Source of the DNA: Candidatus Eiseniibacteriota bacterium
GTDB taxonomy: Bacteria; Eisenbacteria; RBG-16-71-46
Length of the DNA: 64,000 nt
Reading direction: 5' to 3'
NCBI GenBank assembly: GCA_041483195.1
Contig: JBGPFC010000002.1
Span: 32,001 to 96,000 of the forward strand
Position 1 is the first letter of the stretch. Every line of letters begins with the position of its first letter. The position numbers and the translations under genes were made by a program. The notes beneath the pieces were generated by a model, which saw only the letters and a list, made by a program, of their open reading frames with translations, did not search any database and was not told the origin of the DNA. Of the stretch, positions 34,894 through 43,801 are shown one piece after another.

Positions 34894-35949
34894 ATGAAGC
34901 TCGTCGGCATCCTCGGACTTCCCGGGTCCGGCAAGACCACGTTGTTCGAGATTCTCATGCAGGGCGCCGGCGCCGCGCATGCCGGCGGCGGCGCGCGCGA
35001 CCAGGTCGGCGTCGTCAAGGTTCCCGATCCGCGGATCGACCGGCTCTCGGCGCTCTACCATCCGAAGAAGACCACGTTCGCCAACATCCAGTTCGTGGAC
35101 AGCGCGGCCGCGGGGCAGGGCAGCGCCCGCGCCGCCGCGAAGGGCCCCGATCTGTTCTCGGCCGTGCGCAACTGCGACGCGCTGATGGCGGTCGTGCGTG
35201 ACTTCGAGAACCCGGCGGTGCCGGCGGAAGGCGGGGTCGATCCGGTCCGCGATCTCCGCAATCTCGAGGCCGAGCTCATGCTCAACGATCTCGCGATCGC
35301 GGAGACCCGTCTCGAGCGGATCGAAAAGGAATTGCGCATCGGCAAGAAGCAGGGGGAGCGCGAGCACGCGCTGCTCCAGCGCTGCCGCGGGATGCTCGAA
35401 GCGGAGCGTCCGCTGCGCGGCGAGTCCTTCGACGCCGAGGAGACGAAGCTGCTGCGGGGATTCCAGCTTCTTTCGCTGAAACCACTGCTGGTGGTGTACA
35501 ACCAGGATGAGCATTCCCGTCGCGTGCCGGCCGCGCCCGGCCCCGGCGCGCTGGCGGTCGCGTTGCGGGCGCACCTGGAGCGCGAGATCGTGAACCTCGA
35601 GGCCGGGGAGCGCGAAGCGTTCCGTCGCGAGATGGGGATCGACGAGGACGGGCTCTCCCTTCTCATCCGCGCCTGCTACGAGGTGCTGGGCCTGATCGCG
35701 TTCTTCACAGTGGGACCCGATGAGGTGCGGGCATGGACCATCCACCGCGGAGAGCGGGCGGTGGACGCGGCCGGAGAGATTCACAGCGACCTCGCCCGCG
35801 GTTTCATACGCGCGGAGGTGATCGGCTGGGAGCAGTTGCTCGAAGCGGGCACCCAGGCGAAGGCGCGCGAAAAGGCGTGGCTCCGACTCGAGGGCCGCGA
35901 ATACGTCGTGCAGGACGGGGAGTGTCTCGAGATTCGCTTCAACAAGTGA
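34894..35949 (+). CDS. ychF: YchF/Ola1-family P-loop NTPase (divergent)
   Basis: VKVPDPRID, FFTVGPDEVRAW, AGEIHSDLARGFIRAEV, RLEGREYVVQDGE..RFN (TGS/DUF933 domain). Confidence 0.88.
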   Translation: MKLVGILGLPGSGKTTLFEILMQGAGAAHAGGGARDQVGVVKVPDPRIDRLSALYHPKKTTFANIQFVDSAAAGQGSARAAAKGPDLFSAVRNCDALMAVVRDFENPAVPAEGGVDPVRDLRNLEAELMLNDLAIAETRLERIEKELRIGKKQGEREHALLQRCRGMLEAERPLRGESFDAEETKLLRGFQLLSLKPLLVVYNQDEHSRRVPAAPGPGALAVALRAHLEREIVNLEAGEREAFRREMGIDEDGLSLLIRACYEVLGLIAFFTVGPDEVRAWTIHRGERAVDAAGEIHSDLARGFIRAEVIGWEQLLEAGTQAKAREKAWLRLEGREYVVQDGECLEIRFNK

Positions 35950-35963
35950 TGAGGGAGGCGCCG

Positions 35964-36587
35964 ATGACGCGCGCATCGCGCGAGGCCCGGCGCGCGGCGC
36001 CGCCGCTCGCGGGGCGGATGCTCGCGCTCTCGGTGCTGGCGCTCGCCGCGCTGCGGGTGCCGGTCGCGAGCGCGGCGACGCCGCCGAAGCTGGCCCAGCT
36101 CCAGGGGCATCTCGCGTTCGGATACGCGCGATTGCTGACCCGGGACGCGCCGGCCGGCTCGATCGCGGTCGACGGCGGGATCGATGTTCCGCTCGATGCC
36201 GATTGGAGCGCCGGGGTCACGCTCGGGTACGCGTTGCTCGGCGGCCGGACCGTCGAGCGCGGCAGCCTGATCGCCAGCCTGGACTACAGCGTGTTCGAAG
36301 CGATCGCGTTCGCGCACGTTCGGCCCTCGGGTCTCGGACCCATCGGCCGCCTCTCGTTCGGCCCCGGTTTCTTCTCGACCCGCGCGACGCTCTCGACGTC
36401 GGGCGGAGGCGCGTTGTTCAGCGACCTCGCGCGCGAGGAATTCGTCCCCGGATTCGCGATCGACGCGACGCTGATGAAGCACAAGCCATCGCCGGTGCGG
36501 GTGGGGTTGGAGCTCGGCACCCGCGTCGCGTTCCTGAGAGAGGAAGTCTGGACCCTCAGCGGGGTGCGGATCGCGTTCCACTATTAG
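35964..36587 (+). CDS. Small outer-membrane beta-barrel hypothetical protein
   Basis: GGAGG RBS, signal peptide, amphipathic strands, C-terminal aromatic (FHY). Confidence 0.65.
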   Translation: MTRASREARRAAPPLAGRMLALSVLALAALRVPVASAATPPKLAQLQGHLAFGYARLLTRDAPAGSIAVDGGIDVPLDADWSAGVTLGYALLGGRTVERGSLIASLDYSVFEAIAFAHVRPSGLGPIGRLSFGPGFFSTRATLSTSGGGALFSDLAREEFVPGFAIDATLMKHKPSPVRVGLELGTRVAFLREEVWTLSGVRIAFHY

Positions 36588-36624
36588 CCGGCCGCCGCTC
36601 CACTCCCGGGTGAACCATTCTTCG

Positions 36625-36653
36625 TTGACTCGATCCGCCTCCCTTTCTAGAAT
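36625..36653 (+). promoter_or_regulatory. Near-consensus sigma70 promoter of an intergenic small transcript
   Basis: TTGACT-N17-TAGAAT. Confidence 0.75.
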
Positions 36654-36681
36654 TCGCGCCACGCGGAAAGGAGGTGGTCCA

Positions 36682-36726
36682 TTGACTAGCACCCAGTTGT
36701 GGATCGCGGAGGTGGCTGTCCGCTAG
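36682..36726 (+). CDS. Candidate 14-aa peptide MTSTQLWIAEVAVR
   Basis: TTG start 7 nt after GGAGG; TAG stop at 36724-36726. Confidence 0.4.
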   Translation: MTSTQLWIAEVAVR

Positions 36727-36778
36727 ACGGCCCACCGACGGCGGTTGGGTCGTCCGCGAATCCCAACAGCCTACCGGT

Positions 36779-36816
36779 TACGCGGGGGGCGAGCGGTTGC
36801 CCCCCGCGTGCTTTTT
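36779..36816 (+). terminator. Intrinsic terminator
   Basis: TACGCGGGGGGCGA-GCGG-TTGCCCCCCGCGTG stem-loop followed by CTTTTT. Confidence 0.85.
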
Positions 36817-36891
36817 CCGCCGGGGGCGCGAGCGCCCGCGGCCGCCGATCCGCCGGGCGTGAAATCGCCGGCGCCCCGCCCGGCGGCGTTT

Positions 36892-36921
36892 TTGACACCC
36901 GCGGAGGGCGGCGGGTATCCT
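36892..36921 (+). promoter_or_regulatory. Sigma70 promoter for the FMN riboswitch / rib operon
   Basis: TTGACA-N18-TATCCT immediately upstream of the aptamer. Confidence 0.65.
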
Positions 36922-36933
36922 CGCCGGCTCAAG

Positions 36934-37097
36934 CTCCTTCGGGGCGGGGTGCGAAGTCCCCACCGGCGGTAAAGCCCGCGAGCGGGAGCGGACGGAATCC
37001 GGCGTCAGCCGGAATCGCGCGGCATGCCGCGCCCACCGCTCCTGCTGATCCGGTGAAACTCCGGGGCCGACCGTGACAGTCGGGATGGAAGAAGGAG
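36934..37097 (+). promoter_or_regulatory. FMN riboswitch (RFN element)
   Basis: P1 CTCCTTC/GAAGGAG; conserved GGGGCGGGGTG..CCCACCGGCGGT..AGCCCGCGA..GATCCGGTGAAACTCCGG.GCCGAC.GT.ACAGTC.GGATGG; directly upstream of ribD. Confidence 0.96.
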
Positions 37098-37150
37098 GGG
37101 ATCGCGCATGCCGGCCGGCAGGCGCGAAGCTCGCGCGTTGCGCACGTTCC

Positions 37151-37180
37151 GCCCCGTGGTGCAGAGACCACGGGGTTTCT
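37151..37180 (+). terminator. Riboswitch-controlled intrinsic terminator
   Basis: GCCCCGTGGT-GCAGAG-ACCACGGGGT followed by TTCT; its 5' arm (TTCCGCCCCG) can alternatively pair with aptamer CGGGGCGGGG as an antiterminator. Confidence 0.75.
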
Positions 37181-37191
37181 CGTTAAGGGCC

Positions 37192-38307
37192 ATGGCGACC
37201 AAACGACAGCAGCCTGGATTGAGTTTCATGCAGCGCGCGCTGCGCATCGCGGAGCGCGGTCGCGGGCGCACTCGTCCAAACCCGATCGTCGGGGCGGTCG
37301 TGGTGCGTGGCGGCCGTGTGGTGGGGGAAGGCTGGCATCGCGCGCTCGGCAGCGACCACGCCGAGGTCGAGGCGCTGCGCGCGGCCGGCGCGCGCGCACG
37401 CGGGGCGACCCTGTACGTCACGCTCGAGCCCTGCGCGCACACCGGGCGCACTCCGCCATGCGTGGACGCGCTGGTGCGCGCGGGCATCCGGCGCTGCGTC
37501 GTCGCGCTGCGCGATCCGCACGCGATCGTGAACGGCCGCGGCCTCCGGGCGCTGCGCCGCGCGGGGGTGGACGTCGAGCTGGGGCTCTGCGCGGCGGAGG
37601 CCCGCGACGGGCTCGAAGGTTACTGGCTCGCGCACACGCGCGGCCGCCCGCGGGTGACGTGGAAGGTGGCGGCGACGCTCGACGGCAGGATCGCGGATGC
37701 GCGCCGGCGTTCGCGCTGGATCACGGGTCCGGCGGCGCGCGCGCACGGCCATCGGATGCGCGCGGCAGCTGACGCGGTGCTGATCGGCGCCGGGACGGCG
37801 CGCGCCGACGATCCGCGACTCACCACGCGGCTCGGCCGCCCGGCGCCCCAACCGCTGCGCGTGCTGTGCGACACGCGTCTCGCGAGCCCATTCGGCCTGC
37901 GGCTGTTCGGGCCATCGCTCGCGCACGGCACGGTGGTGGCGTGCGGACCGCGCGCGCCGCGTGCCCGCGAGCGCGCGCTCGAATCGCGGGGCGTCAGGGT
38001 GTGGCGCCTGCCGCTGCGTGACGGCCGGGTCTCGCCGCGCGCGCTCGCGCGCCGGCTGGTCGCCGCGGGCTGCCACGAGGTGCTGCTCGAGGGGGGCGCG
38101 ACGCTCGGCACGGCATGGCTGCGCGCGGGGCTGGTCGATCGCGTCGCGCTGTTCACCGCGCCGCGGGTGCTGGGGGCCGAGGGGCTCGCGTGGTGTGGCG
38201 CGCTCGCGCGCGGCGGGCTGGCGAGCGCGCCGCGCGGCCGGCTGGTCGAGCACCGCCGATTCGGCGAGGATGGGTTCACCATGGTCGCGCTCGAAAGGAA
38301 TGCGTGA
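37192..38307 (+). CDS. ribD: Bifunctional riboflavin deaminase/reductase
   Basis: [44 protein letters not shown]; the start could alternatively be ATG 37228. Confidence 0.95.
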   Translation: MATKRQQPGLSFMQRALRIAERGRGRTRPNPIVGAVVVRGGRVVGEGWHRALGSDHAEVEALRAAGARARGATLYVTLEPCAHTGRTPPCVDALVRAGIRRCVVALRDPHAIVNGRGLRALRRAGVDVELGLCAAEARDGLEGYWLAHTRGRPRVTWKVAATLDGRIADARRRSRWITGPAARAHGHRMRAAADAVLIGAGTARADDPRLTTRLGRPAPQPLRVLCDTRLASPFGLRLFGPSLAHGTVVACGPRAPRARERALESRGVRVWRLPLRDGRVSPRALARRLVAAGCHEVLLEGGATLGTAWLRAGLVDRVALFTAPRVLGAEGLAWCGALARGGLASAPRGRLVEHRRFGEDGFTMVALERNA

Positions 38308-38918
38308 TGTTCACGGGACTGGTCGAGGAGATCGGCGCGGTCGAGCGCATCGAGGAGCGACCCGGCGGCCGGCGCTTCTGGATCGGCGCGCGTCGAGTGC
38401 TCGAGGACACCCGCACCGGCGACAGCGTGGCGGTGTCCGGATGCTGCCTCACGGCGGTCGCGGTCGAGGCCGCGTGCTTCGCGGTCGAGGCGGTGCCGGA
38501 GACGCTGCGGCGCACGACGCTCGGCGCGTGGCGCGAGGGCGAGCGCGTCAACCTGGAGCGGGCGCTGCGCCTCGACCAGCGGCTGGGCGGACACCTGGTG
38601 CAGGGGCACGTCGACGCGGTCGGCGAAGTGCGCGCGGTGGTGCCGGAGGGGGACGGGCGGCGGCTCACGCTCGCGCTCCCCGCGGGCATCGCGCGCTACG
38701 TCGCGGAGAAGGGCTCGCTCGCGGTGGACGGCGTGAGCCTCACGGTCGCCGCTCGCGACGGCGCGGGCTGCGAGATCGCGCTGATTCCCCACACGCTGGC
38801 CGTGACCATCGCCGGCGACTACGCACCGGGACGCCGCGTTCATCTCGAGGTCGATCTGATCGCGCGCTACATCGCGCGGCTGATCGACGAGGCCGGCGTC
38901 GCGGGGGGCCCGCGATGA
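38307..38918 (+). CDS. ribE: Riboflavin synthase alpha chain
   Basis: [37 protein letters not shown]. Confidence 0.96.
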   Translation: MFTGLVEEIGAVERIEERPGGRRFWIGARRVLEDTRTGDSVAVSGCCLTAVAVEAACFAVEAVPETLRRTTLGAWREGERVNLERALRLDQRLGGHLVQGHVDAVGEVRAVVPEGDGRRLTLALPAGIARYVAEKGSLAVDGVSLTVAARDGAGCEIALIPHTLAVTIAGDYAPGRRVHLEVDLIARYIARLIDEAGVAGGPR

Positions 38919-40192
38919 CCCGACCGGTCCGGGTCGCCGCCAGCGGGCGCGGCACGGCGCGTGCGCGGTCCGGCCTCACGCCTTTCATCACGGTCAAGGA
39001 TGCGATCCGCCGCATCCGCGCCGGCAAGATGATCGTGGTGGTGGACGACGCGCAGCGCGAGAACGAGGGCGACCTGGTGTTCGCGGCCGAGAAGGCGACT
39101 CCCGCGATGGTGAATTTCGCGGTGAAGCACGGCCGCGGCATCCTGTGCGCGCCGATGACCCCCGCGATCGCCGACCGGCTGGGCCTCAAGCTCATGGTGC
39201 CGCACAACACGGCGAAGTTCGGAACGCCATTCACCGAATCGGTGGATGCCGCGAAGGGCACGACCACCGGCACGTCGGCGTTCGACCGCGCCCGCACGCT
39301 GCGCGCGCTCGCCGATCCACGGGCGAGGGCCCAGGATTTCGTGCGCCCCGGCCACATCTTCCCGCTGCGCGCGGTGCCGGGCGGCGCCCTGCGCAGGGCC
39401 GGCCATACCGAGGCCGCCCCCGACCTGTGCTCGCTCGCGGGCCTCCAGCCGGTGGGAGCGGTGTGCGAGATCCTCGCTGAGAGCGGGCGCATGGCGCGGC
39501 TCCCCGAGCTCGAGCGGTTCGCCCGCGAGCACCGGCTCGGCATCCTCACCATCCGCGATCTCATCGCGCACCGTCGCAAGAGCGAGAACCTCGTGCAACG
39601 CGTGGTCTCGGTCCCGCTGCCCACCAACGCCGGGCTGTTCCAGCTCCACCTCTACCAGTGCGTGCTCGAGGGCGATCACCACGTCGCGCTGGTCAAGGGA
39701 CGCTTGCGGGGGCGCGGCCCGGTGCTGGTCCGCGTGCACTCGCAGTGCCTGACCGGCGACGTGTTCGGCTCCGAACGCTGCGACTGCGGGGCGCAGATGC
39801 ACGCCGCGCTGAAGGCGATCGCCGCGCGCGGACGCGGCGTGTTCCTCTACCTGCGACAGGAAGGGCGCGGGATCGGACTCGCGAACAAGCTCAAGGCCTA
39901 TGCGCTTCAGGACCGCGGCCTCGATACGGTCGAGGCCAACGTCCAGCTCGGGTTCCCCGCCGACCTGCGCGACTACGGCATCGGCGCGCAGATCCTGGTG
40001 GATCTCGGCGTGCGCGAGATCGAGCTGCTCACCAACAATCCGCGCAAGATCGTGGGCCTCGAGGCCTACGGCCTCACCATCCGCAAGCGCGTGCCGATCC
40101 ACACCGCGGCCAACCGCCACAACCGGCGCTATCTCGCCACCAAGCGCGACAAGCTCGGTCACCTCCTCGACCTCAAGCTGGGGGAGACGTGA
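38915..40192 (+). CDS. ribBA: Bifunctional DHBP synthase / GTP cyclohydrolase II
   Basis: [60 protein letters not shown]. Confidence 0.96.
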   Translation: MTRPVRVAASGRGTARARSGLTPFITVKDAIRRIRAGKMIVVVDDAQRENEGDLVFAAEKATPAMVNFAVKHGRGILCAPMTPAIADRLGLKLMVPHNTAKFGTPFTESVDAAKGTTTGTSAFDRARTLRALADPRARAQDFVRPGHIFPLRAVPGGALRRAGHTEAAPDLCSLAGLQPVGAVCEILAESGRMARLPELERFAREHRLGILTIRDLIAHRRKSENLVQRVVSVPLPTNAGLFQLHLYQCVLEGDHHVALVKGRLRGRGPVLVRVHSQCLTGDVFGSERCDCGAQMHAALKAIAARGRGVFLYLRQEGRGIGLANKLKAYALQDRGLDTVEANVQLGFPADLRDYGIGAQILVDLGVREIELLTNNPRKIVGLEAYGLTIRKRVPIHTAANRHNRRYLATKRDKLGHLLDLKLGET

Positions 40193-40665
40193 TGGGCGCC
40201 GAGATCAAGCCGGGGCACGACGCCGGCGGCCACCGTTACTGCCTGGTGGCCGCGCGGTACAACGAGAGCCACGTGCGGCGCATGGTGGACGCCGCGCTCG
40301 AAGTGCTCGCGCAGCGGGGCGCGGCGCCCGACGACCTCGAGGTGTGGTGGGTGCCTGGATCCTTCGAGCTGCCGCTCGCCTGCGCGTGGGCCGCCGCCAC
40401 CTCACGCTTCGACGCGGTGCTCGCGTTCGGCGTGCTGATCCGCGGCGAGACCGAGCACTTCCGCCTGGTCGCAGAGGCCGCGACCCAGGGGTTGATGCGG
40501 GTGGCGCTCGACGCCTCGGTGCCGGTGCTGAACGGCGTGCTCGCGACCCTCGACGCCGCGCAGGCGGCTGCCCGCACCGGCGGTGACCTGGGCAATCGCG
40601 GGGCCGAGGTCGCGCTCGCGGCGATCCAGATGGCGCAGCTGCGCCGCGCGCGCGGGAAGCGATGA
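40192..40665 (+). CDS. ribH: 6,7-dimethyl-8-ribityllumazine synthase
   Basis: VPGSFELP, GVLIRGETEHF, VPVLNGVL, GNRG. Confidence 0.93.
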   Translation: MGAEIKPGHDAGGHRYCLVAARYNESHVRRMVDAALEVLAQRGAAPDDLEVWWVPGSFELPLACAWAAATSRFDAVLAFGVLIRGETEHFRLVAEAATQGLMRVALDASVPVLNGVLATLDAAQAAARTGGDLGNRGAEVALAAIQMAQLRRARGKR

Positions 40666-41096
40666 CGCACCGGCTCGAGACCGCGCGGCGGCGCGCGCGC
40701 GAGGTCGCGTTCCGCGTGGTCTACCAGGCCGACGTGGCCGGCGAGACCTGCGCGCAGGCGTGGACGCTGCGGCAGGAGGACGAGCATCTGAGCGCGGACG
40801 GGCGCGCGCTGGTCGAGGACGTGCTGCGAACGCTCGAATCGTCCCGCGCGGAAATCGACGGCGCCCTGCGCGAGGCGGCCGAGCACTGGCCGCTCGAGCG
40901 CATCGCCGCCACCGATCGCGCGGTCCTGCGCGCGGCGGTGGCCGAGCTCATGGGGCGCTCCGGCACGCCGGCGCGCGTCGTGCTCGACGAGGCCATCGAG
41001 ATCGCCAGGCGCTTCGGCTCCGAGGAATCGGGCCGGTTCGTGAACGGCGTGCTCGACCGGATCGCGAAGCGGCTCCGGCCCGCGGAATTCGAATGA
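40662..41096 (+). CDS. nusB: Transcription antitermination factor NusB
   Basis: RRRARE, WPLERIAATDRAVLR, LDEAIEIARRFG..SGRFVNGVLD. Confidence 0.95.
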   Translation: MTHRLETARRRAREVAFRVVYQADVAGETCAQAWTLRQEDEHLSADGRALVEDVLRTLESSRAEIDGALREAAEHWPLERIAATDRAVLRAAVAELMGRSGTPARVVLDEAIEIARRFGSEESGRFVNGVLDRIAKRLRPAEFE

Positions 41097-41818
41097 TCCA
41101 CGCGATCCTCTCCGACATCCACGGCAACCTCGAAGCGCTCGAAGCGGTGCTCGCCCACCTCACGGAGGAGCGGCCCGACAGCGTCGTGTGCCTCGGCGAC
41201 TTCGTCGGCTACGGCGCATCGCCCAACGAGTGCATCGATCGTCTGCGTCCCCGGATCGAAGCGGCGGTCGCCGGCAATCACGACCTCGCGGCGTGCGGGC
41301 GGCTCCGGCTGAACTACTTCAATCACGACGCGGCGACGGCCGCGCGCTGGACCGACGTGCAGCTCAGCCCCGAGAACCGCGCCTATCTGGTGGACCTGCC
41401 CTACGCCGTCGCGTGGCGCGGGGCGAAGCTGGTGCACGCATCTCCCGCCGATCCCGAGGAGTGGCACTACGTGCTCTCGCCCAACGACGCGCTGGTCGAG
41501 ATGGGCGCCTATCCCGAGGTGCTGTGCTTCATCGGGCACTCGCACTTCCCGGGGGTTTTCGATCGCGACGAACTGAGGGTGCGATACACCCGCGAGCCAG
41601 AGCTCCCGATTCAGCCCGGGCATCGCTACCTGGTGAACGTCGGCAGCGTCGGCCAGCCGCGCGACGGCGACCCGCGCGCCGGCTACGTGCTGTGGGACGA
41701 CGAGGCCCACACCGTGCGCCACGTGCGGCTCGAGTACGACGTCGCGACCGCGATGCAGCGGATTCGCGCCGCCGGGCTGCCGCCGTTTCTCGCGGAGCGG
41801 CTGCAGTGGGGCGAATGA
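41093..41818 (+). CDS. Metallophosphoesterase family protein
   Basis: SDIHGN, LGDFVGYG, GNHD, GHSH, NVGSVGQPRDGDPRA. Confidence 0.9.
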   Translation: MIHAILSDIHGNLEALEAVLAHLTEERPDSVVCLGDFVGYGASPNECIDRLRPRIEAAVAGNHDLAACGRLRLNYFNHDAATAARWTDVQLSPENRAYLVDLPYAVAWRGAKLVHASPADPEEWHYVLSPNDALVEMGAYPEVLCFIGHSHFPGVFDRDELRVRYTREPELPIQPGHRYLVNVGSVGQPRDGDPRAGYVLWDDEAHTVRHVRLEYDVATAMQRIRAAGLPPFLAERLQWGE

Positions 41819-41890
41819 CATGACCGCGTTCAGCGAGACGGGCCGGCCCCGCCGCCCGGCCCGGCCCGCGGTGCAAGCGGGGCGTCGCGC

Positions 41891-42679
41891 GTGAGCGGGC
41901 CCATGCCGAAGCGCGTTTCGACGCTCGCCCACTGGGAATCGTACTGGCTCGGGCACGCCAACCTGGAAGAGACATACTCCACGGGCGGCCGGCTCACCCG
42001 CGAGATCCTGAGCGACGGGCCGGTCAATGGGCTGCGCGTGCTCGAGGTGGGGGCGGGCTCCGGCCGCGACACGCTGGGCCTGACGCGGGCCGGCGCGATC
42101 GGCATCGTGCTCGATTACTCGCCCGCTTCGCTCGATCTGGTCCGGCGCCAGGCGCGCTCGCAGGGACTCGCGGTTCAGCTGGTGCGCGCCGACGCGCTCG
42201 CGATGCCGTTCCGCGATGGGGCGATCGACGTGGTGTTCCACCAGGGCCTGCTCGAACACTTCCGCGATCCCATGCCGCTGCTGCGCGAGAACGCCCGCGT
42301 CACGCGGCGCGGCGGGCGCGTGGTGGTGGACGTGCCGCAGACCGTGCATCTCTACACCCTCATGAAGCAGGTCCTGATCGCGATGAATCGATGGTTCGCG
42401 GGATGGGAGACCCAGTTCACCCCGGGCGGGCTCGAGCGGCGCGTGCGCGAGTCCGGGCTCAGGGTGCGACGCACGTACGGCGAGTGGATGGTGCCGGGGC
42501 TCGCCTACCGCGCGCTGCGCGAGACCCTGAAGCGCTTCCTCCGAATGACGCTGCCGCTCGAGCCGCGCGGGCCGAAGTGGTGGCACGCGGGGTGGGAGGG
42601 ATGGCGTGCCCGAGCGATTCGCCACCGGGCCGCGCTCTACACGTGCCACGTGATCGGCACGGTGGGCGAGAAGCCGTGA
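41891..42679 (+). CDS. Class I SAM-dependent methyltransferase
   Basis: VLEVGAGSG, ADALAMPFRDGAIDVV, GLLEHF. Confidence 0.88.
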   Translation: MSGPMPKRVSTLAHWESYWLGHANLEETYSTGGRLTREILSDGPVNGLRVLEVGAGSGRDTLGLTRAGAIGIVLDYSPASLDLVRRQARSQGLAVQLVRADALAMPFRDGAIDVVFHQGLLEHFRDPMPLLRENARVTRRGGRVVVDVPQTVHLYTLMKQVLIAMNRWFAGWETQFTPGGLERRVRESGLRVRRTYGEWMVPGLAYRALRETLKRFLRMTLPLEPRGPKWWHAGWEGWRARAIRHRAALYTCHVIGTVGEKP

Positions 42680-43800
42680 GCGGCGCGCCGCACCTGCTGG
42701 CCGTCAACTTCCGCGATCCCGCGCACCCGGAAGCGGGGGGCGCGGAGCTCCATCTCGAGCACATCCTGCTCGAGGCGGTCGGGCGCGGCATGCGGGTCAC
42801 GTGGCTCGCGGCCGGGTTTCCCGGCGCGGCCGAGCAGGGCGAACATCGCGGGATCCGCGTCGTCCGGCGCGGCGACTGGTGGAATTTCAATCTGGTGGTC
42901 CCGGGCGTGCTGCGCCGCGAGTTCTCGAGCCCGCCGCCGGAGCTCGTGGTCGAGGACATCAACAAGGTTCCGTGCTTCACGCCCTGGTGGTCGAGATCGC
43001 GCGTCGCGGTGATCGTTCCCCATCTGTTCGGAACCGCCGCGTTTCGCGAGGCCTCGCTCCCGATCGCCGGCTACGTGATCGCGCTCGAAGCGCTCATCCC
43101 GAGCGCGTACCGTGGCTCGCGGTTCGTGGTCATCTCGGAGAGCACGCGCGACGACCTCGTCGCGCGCGGCATCCCGCGCGAGCGCGTCGCGGTCGTGCAC
43201 TGCGGGCTCGACCACGCGCACTACCGCCCCGATTCCGCGGGAACCAAGAGCGAACGTCCCACGGTGCTCTACATCGGGCGATTGCGACGCTACAAGGGGG
43301 TCGACTGGGTGATGCGCTCGCTGCCCCGGGTCCTGCGGCGCGTGCCAGGGGCGCGGCTGGTCGTGGTCGGCGACGGGCCCCACCTGCCGGAGCTCAAGCT
43401 CTCGGCGGCCCGTCGCGGTCTCTCGCACGCCGTGGAGTTCCGCGGATTCCTCCCGCTCGATGAGAAGGTCCGTCTGCTCCGCGAGGCGTGGGTGCTGGTG
43501 CAGCCCTCGCCCAAGGAAGGCTGGGGGCTCACCGTGGTGGAGGCCGGCGCGTGCGGCACCGCGGTGGTCGCGGCCGACAGCCCGGGGCTCCGCGACTCGG
43601 TGCAGCATGACGTGACCGGCCTGCTGGTTCCCTACGACGACGACACCCGGCTGGTGGAGGCGCTCTCCCGCGTGCTCGAGGACGCAGCGTTGCGCGGGCG
43701 CCTCGCGGCGGCGGGGACGGCATGGGCCGCGCGCTTCACGTGGCCCGAGTGCGCGGCACGCTCGCTCGACGCGCTGCTCGACGACGCGGGGGGGCGCTGA
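42676..43800 (+). CDS. Glycosyltransferase family 4
   Basis: GGAE, GRLRRYKG, PSPKEGWGLTVVEAGACG. Confidence 0.9.
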   Translation: MSGAPHLLAVNFRDPAHPEAGGAELHLEHILLEAVGRGMRVTWLAAGFPGAAEQGEHRGIRVVRRGDWWNFNLVVPGVLRREFSSPPPELVVEDINKVPCFTPWWSRSRVAVIVPHLFGTAAFREASLPIAGYVIALEALIPSAYRGSRFVVISESTRDDLVARGIPRERVAVVHCGLDHAHYRPDSAGTKSERPTVLYIGRLRRYKGVDWVMRSLPRVLRRVPGARLVVVGDGPHLPELKLSAARRGLSHAVEFRGFLPLDEKVRLLREAWVLVQPSPKEGWGLTVVEAGACGTAVVAADSPGLRDSVQHDVTGLLVPYDDDTRLVEALSRVLEDAALRGRLAAAGTAWAARFTWPECAARSLDALLDDAGGR

Positions 43801-43801
43801 G

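Larger units (their letters stand above)
36661..36816 (+). ncRNA. Candidate ~155-nt small RNA / small-ORF mRNA with hyper-extended Shine-Dalgarno
   Basis: Bounded by the promoter above and a strong intrinsic terminator; starts with GGAAAGGAGGTGGTCCA; contains two internal hairpins. Confidence 0.6.

Noticed and set aside
36665..36681. Possible 16S rRNA gene fragment on the minus strand
   Set aside because: Similarity stops after 17 nt, with no continuation into GCCGCA or helix 44/45 sequence; it is better read as an extended SD.
36661..36816. Leader-peptide attenuator for the rib operon
   Set aside because: The rib operon has its own promoter and FMN riboswitch downstream of this terminator, and the peptide has no run of regulatory codons.
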